DNA from: Antedon mediterranea
Taxonomy: Eukaryota; Animalia; Echinodermata
DNA: 64,000 nucleotides
NCBI RefSeq assembly: GCF_964355755.1
Contig: NC_092677.1
Coordinates: 5,788,101 to 5,852,100, forward strand
Direction: 5' to 3'
Shown: piece after piece, positions 39,051 to 50,941 of the stretch
Numbering within the stretch: the stretch's first letter is position 1
Layout: each line of letters opens with the position of its first letter
Program-made: the position numbers and the translations under genes
Notes under the pieces: model-generated
What the model was told of the DNA's origin: nothing
Database searches by the model: none
The model's input: the letters and a program-made list of their open reading frames with translations, nothing else

Positions 39051-41310
39051 ATCCAAAAATGTTGTTGAATAAGAGTGATAGATTTTAGTTTCAACAACTT
39101 CTATAGCTAGTTGTCTTGTTGTTGTTTTATTGAAAAGTCTAAATTATCAAGCTTTATTTCTCGATTTGTTCTCTTATATTTGTATTGTATAAAATCTGTA
39201 TAAAGAAGCTATGTCTACACTCTATCAAACTAAGTGTGAAATGCCCAAATATGGTAGTGATATGAGATCATCAGGTCCATATATGGTCACATGACATTGT
39301 TTTTGTCACATCAAATTTGAGTGTAAACAGAACATGGCTAGCCCAGTCACGTGTCCAAATTTGAGTTAGTGCTTACCGACCGACCGACATAGTGAGCTAT
39401 TAGAGTCGCGTTGCACGCGATTAAAAATAAAATATTACACTAAATATACATTATACGGTAAGTGAGATCATGGCGGTATTGTTAATTTTACTTCCATGTC
39501 GTGATAGTTTGTACGTTTATTTGTTCGTTATTCAAATGTTTGTTACTGTATGCATAGAGCTTGGATCCAAGGTTTGGGCCAAAATCGGGTCAAAATGCCC
39601 ACTTTTTCGGATTGTACTGGAAAGGTTTTAAACTAAATTTGAAAGCCGCAATGCAATTTCTTAATATAGGCCTAAAATGAGCAAAATAGCAATTAGAAAA
39701 ATTACAAATACTGTTACTATTGATATTGACATGGATTGTATGTTCAATTGTATTTCATTTTTATGGCAAAAATTGTATTTCTAATACAATATAATACTGA
39801 ATAAAATAGCAATAGAGATTGTGTGTTGTTCGTGTGTGTATGGAACGTTTGAATATCCAATTCAATTACTGTAACTTTTGTCGCATTTTTTTTTATCTGT
39901 TTGTTCTATTCTTAGTTCGTATTGCTAAAGTATACAATGAAAATGAAACTACCGTTTCTAATGTAAAGAAAAACGTACTTTTGTACTGATAAACAAAATG
40001 ATAAATAATTGGAGTAGTTCTTGACGTAAAACAAAGTATAAAAGGTAAAAGTTAAATTTAGATTATGCCCTTTCAATTCGAGGTTGTTTTAAAGAATTTT
40101 CTAAATACATTTACACTCTTAGTAACTTGACATGACATACTTTGAATGAATAAAACTAAAAAAAAACTAATTGTATCAATGAAGATAATGAAGATAATGT
40201 ACAAGGCCATGAGGATATGGCCACTATATTAAATATTTCTAGAATGTTGTTAGGAATACTATATAATAATGACGAACACACAATTTCATTATTTTTTTCT
40301 GAAATGTTATAAAGAAGCTTCGAGAATTTTACATATCCGACACAACGGTTTAATTAAAAGTATATTGACATTATTGATTTCAAAGTTATAAAAACTGAAA
40401 ACAAAATAATGGGAATGTTAAAGTAGTTGTATGACGCAATACAATAGAGAAGCTTTACTTCGTATTTAACAACATTTTAGTCGCGTGCAACTTTTGACAG
40501 TAACTTGAGCAAGCGACTGCCAGCCATGTAGGCCTATATGGCCTTGTTAAAGTATGATTTTCACTTTAATCTATAATTAAATCGTTTGTGAAAGTAATTT
40601 GGACTGTTGAGTAGACAAACAGCATATGGTTTATAGGAACGGTAATGCACAGAACGTGATGGTTATTTCGAGACACAAGCAACGGTAGTCATCTCCTCAC
40701 CTGAACACGTCACGCGTGCTTTATGGTGTGTTCCTGCGTTAGACAAGCTAGATTTGCGAAGTCCAAAGGAAGAACTAATTTATTTTTATTTAATGGATTT
40801 AGAAAAATCAAAGTGAATTCACAGTCTGCCCATACTATAATAATATACATAAAATATGATGTTTTAGTTCCAACAAAAGTTGGGGAACTTTGGCCTACCG
40901 CGTGCAGCGCTTTCGCTTCGTACTGATCGATCATTTTTTATTTTTGAAAAGTTTCAAAATGACTTCATAAATGTTGGTATCGTATCGAACGGTAAATCGA
41001 TTATAGTCTCGATAAGAACGGAACGGATTATACTGGACTTATATACGCATGCGCAGATTAATATGTTTTATAATAATTACAATATCCTTTCATATCTACC
41101 GTCACGATGTGAAAGCTCACGACTGTGACGCGACATTGTGCGGTTTATGGTTATTTTTTATTGTATATTAAAACTTGACACAATTGCATTGATGTACGTT
41201 ACAGGCTATACTCTCGTACTTGACGTTGCATTTGGAAAGAGACCTGATTGGAAGCTATTTGAACTAAGTCTAACCAAACTAAAGCCTATTACGAATCGTA
41301 TTTTAGAGAT

Positions 41311-44300
41311 ATGGCAACTTACCTGTTTCTGCTGTTCCTTATTCAACAAACGATAGGTAAGATAGTGCAAGGTTTGATATGGGAGTAGGGTGTGGTTGAT
41401 GCTCTTCTCAAAGTCAAATGAAATATATCATGGGTTCGTCTACATAGTCTAAATAGTTCGTCACTGGGTAGACGAAACCATGATATATTTTTATTTCACT
41501 TTATTTTAATACAAAAATACATAGAGAACTGGACTATTGTGTGTAAAATGCCAGTTTTACCCGACAGCGGAGTAATCGCGTATCGCGTCGACGAACAGAT
41601 AGCATTATCCTATTATAATTATTTTAACAAATTATTTTATTTTTAGTCTCTCATGTTCTACTATTGAACGACGATAAAACGTTCTTTTAATACAATAAGT
41701 TGTGTTTGTTATATTATCTGATCTTATCTTATCAAATATTACTATCATTAAGATGATCGAAATTAACTTTCTTTTTAGCTTCACAGACTAGACGTCTGCC
41801 GATAATCGAAGGTGAGCAACTATTAGTGATCCCAGCTTTATCTTGTCTGTCACCTGCTGAAGTAGATTCGACCAGTTGGTTCAATGGTACAGGAACACAT
41901 CCAACTAAATTACTCGTTAATTCTGCTAATAATTCTAAATTTGGCAATTTCCTAATCAATGACATTTATGGCGATTTGATTATACAACGCGTAAAGAGGG
42001 AGGATGCTGGGCTTTACACTTCACATGTAGTTGCAATTGACGAAGTAAACGGTTACACAAATACGTATCATTTAGAAATATACTGTAAGTTATTACGGGT
42101 TTTATTGTTAGTAGCAACAGTAGTTACATAATGTAAAAGATTATCTAAGGTGATATAACTATTAAACAGGTATTGTCCCCAAAAAAAACATGAACAATTA
42201 ATATTAAATTAAATCAGACTTTGAATAGGTTACTTTGTAGTTTTAATAAAGTTAATCCCTTCCGTAAAAAAAATAAACAAACAAAAATAATGTTGTTTGA
42301 TATAAAATGACAAAATAAATGGTCAAATTCAACCAAAAATTCATTGGCTGGCAGCCAATTTGACTATTTTGTTTTAAAATTACAGTTTTTTCATGTAAAT
42401 ATATATATTTTTTTCGATTCAATTTTTGTTCAAAGTGGCTAACTATGTGACATAAAATGGCATATTCAACAAACAAATATTTAATTTAATTATTAGTTTT
42501 ATTATAGTTTATTAAACTATTTACTATTAGACCATATCTAGGCAAACTGTAGTAATCTAGGAAGTGTGGCTTCGAGGCAACGTAAACAATTTCATGTTTA
42601 GTACATTCTAACTTCTGGAAATGACAATTACAAATCTAAAAAGTTTGTATGATGAAAATGTAAAATGCTTATAGGCCTATTCTTCTATTAGCCTATTTTT
42701 ACTGGCGTCATTTATTCTAAACCCACTTTTTTCTCTATCCAAAGATATTGATTTTCCAACTCTCACATCCTACACTGAAAACAACAGTAGTGAGATCAAC
42801 AATGTTATATTTCACTGCGAATGGGGTGAAATTTATCCCCAAAACGATCCGAACATAACGTGGATACACAATGGAAAAACTCTTGACATAGACACGAAAA
42901 CGACCAAATACAATGTGATCACAAAAGAGAAAACAAGTACACTGGTTTTTCATCAATTTTCTGACACCGACTTTGGGAACTATGCTTGTCGTATCACCGT
43001 TGAAACAAAGAAAGGCAATATGACCAAGACGAGTAATTTAGAGGAGATTGGGCCGCAAAAAGCGGTTTCTAGTAAGTTACCGGTATAAATACAATTTCCT
43101 ATGGGAAGCGACTGTAGGGCCTACAAATTATTATAAAATAATATGAATAATGTGTGAAGGCAATAATAATCATTTTTATGTTATAGATGTTGATGAAGAC
43201 ACTAGTAGCAATAAAAGCATCAGAAAAAGATCCCTAGGCCTGTGGTTCATTGTGTTTGTGTGTGCGACGGTATTTATTGTTTGCGTTATTGGCGTTTTAT
43301 TGTCAATTACCAACAGAAAGAGTAAGAATGTAATTTATTTCTATTTCATATTTAAAAAAATGATATTGTGCACTTCCAAATTATTGAATTAACTCTTAAA
43401 TCTACTTTAAAAAAAATTAAATAAAGCAAGAATCTATACTAAAGGGGGCGCTATGTCTTTAATAAATGTATCATTCTTTCAATATGTAACGAGATAGTTT
43501 TCAGTAGAGTTTCAATGTTAAAAGCAACTCTTTAGTTTCAAGTGCTGCATTAACATATTGGTACCACATTTCAACTAACGTGTGCAATACGCATTACATT
43601 GTCACTAGTCTATAGAGGGCGATCTATATTTAATACTACCAGAGCCGGCCATATAAAGAGTTACGACATTGAAAATTAGAAGCCATTTTTGTGTCAAAGA
43701 ATTCGCACGCTGAGGGCGCGCGCGTCTCTTTTGTATAGCGTTTTCCTGTAGTTCCATGCATTATTTTTAGATTTTGTTGTCAATGAAATAACGCTTAGAT
43801 TCCGTTTTTATTTTAGTAAATAATGTTATTAATGGTATTAATTTGGTAACATATATATATTGTGTCTATAATAACAAAAGAATAAATGCTAGGGCCTACA
43901 TGCAAGTCAGGATACATCAAAGCATGAACCAATACAAAAAACACACAAATTCACCCCTCTTTTATACAGTATATGGCTCTCTGTGTGTTTTTGACACAAA
44001 CTTTCAGAGACTCGTTCATCATTTCATTTGTAATAATTTGCCTTTATTATTTTAATATTGTTCATACCTATTCAATATATTAACAAATATATCCACGACA
44101 CTTTATTATTTTATTTAGTCATCAAAGCATGCATTATGAATTGAAAATATTACATAATTGTTATTAATGGGACGTAGTTATGGGATGTTTTGTTCCAAAA
44201 TCAATCAATCGAACGTTATAATGTACTAGCGTACGCGCGCGCAATATTCTTTGGCGCAAGTGGTTCTGTACGCTGTGCACGTCGATATTCCACCGTAAAA

Positions 44301-44980
44301 TGTGCAATTACATTTTTTTAATATAAGAAAAAGTTTAAAGTAATTTCTTGCTCCTATACTTTACATGCATTAACGGAGACAAGTTTGACACAAATTGATC
44401 TGCATATCACGTGACTTAAATCCAATGTCGTAACTCTTTATATATATGGCTCTGAATACTACTGTACCTGATAGAGAGTGTGCTATATTTTAAAACCGAA
44501 TAGTTCAGTTCAACTAATAATGCTGTACGTAATTTGTGAATACTGTTTCAATTATTACAAAAACAATTACGAATTGAATTTTTTTAATGATACATTAATT
44601 GTTAAATGGTTTGTTGGTGGCGATACTGAGGCGGTTACTTATATCACCCAGTAGGGCCTACTGCCAGAGGCAACTGATCATTTTCTAAATAATCCCTAAA
44701 TCAGTGAAAAGGCAGATATATGTTGTATGTCACCCAATAACGTTTTATTATTGTGTCTATAGGGAAAAGAGATAGCAGAAATTTATATCAAACATCAGAA
44801 TTTACTTCAAGCATTACAGGAGGCCCGGACAACGGAGATAATTTACCGGTACCTCCATCATACCTAGACGTTACCGAACATGTCAATATTCCGGATGTAT
44901 GTGATGGCACTACTATGGCAACTATTGAAACAGAAACTATTTCAGTAAATTGTTTAGTGTATGATGAAATTCCAAACTGA
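41311..44980 (+). CDS. Gene 7: apparently intact IgSF receptor, V-C, distinct TM, ITIM-type tail without ITAM
   Basis: SP 41311-41356 (MATYLFLLFLIQQTI), V 41779-42084, C 42745-43071, TM 43187-43321 (LWFIVFVCATVFIVCVIGVLLSI, phase 1), tail 44763-44980 (...NLYQT...PPSYLDV...LVYDEIPN*). Confidence 0.85.
43640..44454. mobile_element. Non-autonomous hAT-like element in a gene 7 intron
   Basis: Imperfect TIR CAGAGCC....ATATAAAGAGTTACGACATTG, with an 8-bp TSD AATACTAC at 43632-43639 and 44455-44462. Confidence 0.85.
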
Positions 44981-45539
44981 TTTATTTAAAACTAGTTATA
45001 CGCATGCTCGGTCCTTTTCGATTCTATTAGCCTAAATACATTACATTTGCAAAAATACGTATAAATTCTACTCAGCGTACGCCAAAAGTAACAAGGCCAA
45101 CAGCCATAAGTCGCGTGATAGTGATACCGGACCGACAGACAGACCGACAGACCGACCGACCGACATAATAAACTATAGAGTCGCCGCGCGTCCACGCGAC
45201 TAAAAATGCTAGCGGGAACCATAACCATTATATAACCAGGACCTACTAAACAACGTCGATGTCGCCGTACGTTTGGCTATGTAGGCCTACAACTGTTCGA
45301 GATTAAGTTCTTTATGGGTACAGCATTCATAGATATAGAACCTCACTTTATAGTCTATCTCGTAAATATACCGTAAAATCTAATAATAAACTTTATTTAT
45401 CATGATAGTCGAGATCCATGATTATGAAGTAAATCCTTCAGATAACGTTAGCATACAATATGAAATACTCAGTAGTTCTGAACAGCCGGTTCAAGCACTC
45501 ATACGAGACAAGCCTAGCTAGGATATAATAAGAACAAGT

Positions 45540-47125
45540 CTTAAAGGGCTACTGAAAGACACAAGCGAACTATGCTGTTTTCTAACTAATAGTGATATAT
45601 TATATTAAAAATAAAAGTAAACTTTTAATAATGCAAAAATTAACATTCTTAGACCGAATAATTTGTTTGTCTTATTTCGGAGAAAAGTTTTTTTTTATCT
45701 AAGTAGGAAGGTGTCGGCCAAAACATTAGTGTCGCAAACAGTACGGCAGTTAAAACAAAATCATTTGCATTGTAATTTAAATGATCACTAACTCAGAGTA
45801 GATTAGTAAACAATGGTGTACTTATTAACGGTAATGATACACTTTTACTTTCACTCCATATTGCATTATTGCTATTTTTCTTACAGAAAAGACGAATAAA
45901 AGAAATCCATATTCTTCTTTCTTATTCTGTCTTATTCTTTCTTATTTCTTCATTTCCATTCATCATACATATTCATAAACATACATAAAAAAGAAACAAA
46001 GAGAAAAAAAGAATGGAAAGGGGGAATCTCGAAAGCATAGATTTATAGAAGAAGAAGCTAACTTGCTTTTTACTTTAAATTAATACAGACTATAAAATAT
46101 AAACAATTTAAAAAAAGCTTTTTTTCCTTAAGCAATATCGTTTAAATAATGATTATAATTATACTCCAGGAATAATTGATTGTTTTTTTTAAATCATGCA
46201 ATTATGAAAAATGTAATAAAAAAGAAAACATATACATGTGACTAACTGTTACGTTGCTCCGGTTTCTACTGTAAAGCTCAGTCTACTTATTAAACTTTAT
46301 GTGACAAGAAAATGTGATGTGCCCATATATGGACATTATGATGTCATTTCACTACAATATTTGGGCATATCACTACTATATTATTTAGGAACTACATTTT
46401 AATCAAACTAGTTTGATAGTGTAGACAGAGCTTAAAACAAGCTAACGTGTATTAGAATGTTCGTCCCAACACATGCGTTTTGTATGGTGTCCCAGTGTGT
46501 GTATTCTGCAGAGTTTTGCTATGCATGTAAAACGGGTATTTGTTCTCACTTTAATGTCATACAAAGTACAATTTATGTTACTGGAGGGCAGCGCAAAAAG
46601 CCAAGACTGGTATATAAGGTATATAAAAATTACCGGAACATCAAAATAATTTGATTACCCCTTCCGGACCAGCAGAGACAAGAAAGACCGGGAAATCTGA
46701 AACTTAATTTGATGCCTCTCGGTATCCCAACATGCAACGGTACGACCGACCACCGCCCTCCGCGACACAACATTATCTTTTATTGTGCCTATGAAAAATG
46801 TTGTTATCTTCATATAAAAAGTGTATCTATAATAACATTAGGCCATTATGTGCTTAGAGAACCGTTGCTTTTTCAAGTTTAGTCTAGATTTCAATTGGTT
46901 GTGTATAATAATATGTACATAATTATAAATATTATAAAGATTATAAAGATGTTGATAGTTACTAATTATTAATATCATTTATCTAATAAGTGTCAATCTT
47001 TAAAACATTGCAATATTTGTATTATTACTTATATTTGGTTGATTGATATGGGAGTTTTAAACATTTCCAGTTCCGGTTATTTTTGTTTAGGCCTACCAAA
47101 TACGACATTAAAAAATTGTTCTTCT
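45540..47125 (+). pseudogene. Relic 3' end of a gene-8-like paralog (post-TM intron, truncated tail exon from 45887, 3' flank)
   Basis: TTCTTACAG|AAAAGACGAATAAAAGAAATCCAT matches the gene 8 tail start (61364) and then breaks off into unrelated sequence. The flanks are colinear with ~60285-62850. Confidence 0.7.
46275..46432. mobile_element. Short Harbinger-like MITE family (copies also ~34479-34610, 37735-37833, 39208-39332, 61858-62011)
   Basis: TIR approximately AGCTCTGTCTACACTATCAAACT, a shared internal GATGTGCCCATAT.TGGACAT segment, and TAA on both flanks of this copy. Confidence 0.7.
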
Positions 47126-50100
47126 ATTATAATCTATATTAAATTTACGTAAGGCGCAAAATTAGGTAAATCGCGCCTTATTTCTAGAATGTTTACTCGA
47201 TGGTATATCAAGTTAGTTCATGTTTTTGGTACTGATTTTAACCACCTAATGTAACCCTGTTTACTAATTAAGTTGAGTTAGATAATTAGTTATTGGCAAT
47301 TAAAACGAATTTAGCTTCAACGATTTGCCCCAAACATAGGGGTGTTTTCCGATCGTGGTATACACTGTCTAATGGATGTCGATGCTGAATACAATAAAAC
47401 AAGGATGCTTCGCATTTATCTATCTCCTTCTACGATAATTGTTTTTAATAGCTGAAAACCGGTTAAACAGCTCGAGTCATCATAATGTTGACCCATTTTA
47501 AAAATACTATTTTAATAGATTTAATATACGTTTATATTATAAACTTATTGCTTGGCGATGAATGGAACATTCCAATCTCTCAGTCTCTACTTACTTACTC
47601 TTACTTACCAACACAAGTAGGTACATTTATGGGCCCTTGGGGGATAAACTTAAAACCTTTGGGTCGACATAGATATAAACAGTATTGCTTGTAATAGTAA
47701 GTTATAAGTAGTATCTATATATAAATTATGGTTAATTCTGACATAGGCGAGCACAATGCAAAAACTTCTCTACAAATCTCCGCCTTGGATACCTACCTTA
47801 TCTATCCGAGATGTACCGCGAAACGTAGATTTGATAACATTAGTGTGCACGCCGACGCTATTGTTCCATATTTATATCTTAGGAAGATATTATAAAGAGT
47901 TTTTTAACAACATTTATGATTTCAACATTGGATTTTCCTCTCAATTTCAATTCTTCCCGGTCAAAGTAATTTCCGGGTTTAAGATAAGTTCACCTTAGTT
48001 TCAAATATTTTCTCTCTTTTATACACAAGGGAGCAGTTAAAATAATAGATTTGACCCTAAAGGTGACTGGAAACAGGCACTTTCCATCAATCAATACAGT
48101 GTCCCTTTGGAAGACGAAAAAAAAATTGGCCATTAATCATAGCCATTTCAGTTTTTTGTTTATTTTAAAACATACCACACGTGTGTGAAGGTGCAGTAGT
48201 TAAATAATAGGAATTATACTGCAAATTAATAAAGATCAAATTAAATATACGCCATAAAGAATCCGAATATATTGTGGGGAATAGTATTATAAAATTACAT
48301 AGGGAGATTTGATAAGAAATTTTTCGAGTGAAATCCCGATAGCTGAGTTTTATTGAGTAAGCTTGCAGGAATAACTGTAGGCTATCTTCCTGTGTCCCGT
48401 TAGGACCGAGATGTCTGCCCATGTTGCAAGTCGTAATGTCTTCTTTCTTGGGCCCACTCTGTCACGGCAGTTAGTTTCAAAAGATGATTAAATTAAATAA
48501 TGTATTAATAATTATTAGGATGGTATTCATTTGAATAAACGCCTCTCCAATAAAACATCACTTTGAATAATAACCCCCCCCACACAACCCAACTATCTAA
48601 TAAACGTCCATTCACATATTTATAATAACACAATTATACTATTTGTAGTAGAATTCACCGCACTGTTATCTGCAATTTACCAAGCATTTGTTATTCTTTT
48701 TTACCACTTTTCATATCTATGAGAGGATTTCATTTGATTATAAATGTTACCATATTATTAGAACTACAAAATTTAACATATATCCCTCGAATAAGCACCT
48801 CCCTCAAATGACCTCCGCCTCCCCAAAGGGCCCTACCAAACAATAAAAACTATACTTTAAAATGTTATTAATCATCTAAAACACTGTGAAACAAAGTAGT
48901 TTAGTTTTACGAATGTCAAGCATTTTCAATAATGGTAATCGACAGAAAATGTATAAGGAGAACATTATCATTCCGAGAACCATCGTCTACACTTCCTAGA
49001 GGGGGAGCGAGCGAAGCGAGCTCACCCTCTAGTATAACAAATTTTGATAATAAATTCATAAACCATTTTTGCTCGCCATTTGAAACGCAACGTTCTTCTG
49101 TGAGTAGGGCTACTGTTGGATACATAAACACATACAAATAAACTGTATTACTTCTTGCTTCTCAACGTTTGTATCTAGGCCTATATATTAATTCTACTAC
49201 TAATAATTCTACGCATAATACACTACGAAAAACTCCAAAATATATAGTTTGGTGTTTTATACATTTTATACAAGTCCGTAAGCGGCTGTAGTTTTATTAT
49301 TACAATACTTCACATTTTATATTTCTATAAATTACAAATTCATATTTTAAACTTTTAATTGACGAAGTTCAACGTGCATTAACCCTCTCATCTACTTCTT
49401 TCCCTCCTATTTGTTATCACTTTCTGATGCGCACCCTAGATTAATATTCACAAAGCATACTTTTTCTTTAGCGTCTTGTATTGCTTTCATTTTTTAGCTT
49501 ACAGATATTTAATTTTTATATATTTAAGTGAAGGAATATTTCGTGTATAACAAAATCAATGGCCGTAAATAGAATTTTATACTTGATACAATTTGTTTAA
49601 AAATAAAATTGTTGGAGTACTTTTCTCAGGGAAGAGTCCACTTTTAGTATACTTATTCCTCCCATGCGAAATAACCACATATTAAGGCAGAAACAGATCG
49701 TGCGGACCACGGGTTACTGCTGGTCAGTAATTACACAAAAGATAAACGTCGTAGTGGTGTATCGTTACATGCTACTTTACTATTTTAATCGTGTATGAAA
49801 GTGGAAGAAATTGGAGTTTCTAAACCAGGAATAACGGTATTTGTTCAATGTGTATAATTAATGGTTCAGTTATTTCGGAAATTGAAAATAAAAGCAATGT
49901 GTAATGGTAAAGTGATTCACAATCAAAAACTCAATTATACAACGAAGCAGTAGATATCGGTAAGTGGTGTATTTTATATATATTTAACAAAGGCACTGTG
50001 CCTTTTTACTTTTATCAAACATGTAGATCCTTATAAAGAACATACTGTAGCATAACCAATCTTGTTTGGATATTCGAAAATGCAATGGTTAAAAGAAAAT

Positions 50101-50941
50101 GGACATTATCGATGTGACAATGACTATTACGACGGCGACTTTTATCGACGGTTCACCAAGTTGGTAACATCAGAAGTCGCAAAAATGTTAACATTAATAA
50201 CAAGTGAACCATAACTCCTATTTATAGATATGGCAACATATTACCTGTTCTTGATATTTCTTTGTCAACCGACGATAGGTAAGATTAATTGAGAAAAGTT
50301 TATTATTATGTTTGAATCAGTTATTATTATTAGTCAAGGGAAAAATGGCAAATAGCTTCCTACTTTCCAGGAGTTTTATGTTAGTTAAGTTATCAGAGAG
50401 TCTATGTTGTTTTTGAAAACTCTGTAACATGACCACAGTCCTGATTTTGCTTAGAGTTATCGTTTTTAAGATCAAATTGATATGCTTTATTTGTAGTCTC
50501 AGGTGTAACACAATTGTCGATAATCGAAGGCGAAACTACACAAACCAACAGTGGTGTTGGTAGTCTATGAGTGCCGCTTACCTGGATAAACCAACATAAG
50601 CCTCTCTCTCCGACGAGAGGTAAACATTACGAAAAGAAGAACATTAATAACATTAATTTTTCCCCACCCCCGTCGGATAATGGATCAGTCCGCCACCAGT
50701 ACGCCCTCAAGTGAGACACACCCACTTATCATCGTCATCATTTCTCAAGACCACCTGCCTGAGGGGACGGTAGGGAGGGCGTTTATCCAGGTAAGCGGCA
50801 CTCATAGACTACCAACACCACTGTTGGTTTGTGTAGTCTATATCGTGCCTAGCTTACCTGGATAAACCAACATAAGCCAGTGTAGCACCGGACTAGAGTC
50901 TAGTCGGAGGCGGGAGGTAAGGTAAACATTGTCATACATAC

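Noticed and set aside
43205-43240. SIRKRS before the gene 7 TM as a furin shedding site
   Set aside because: It lacks the P4 Arg of the R-x-K/R-R consensus; it is only a dibasic site and too weak to claim.
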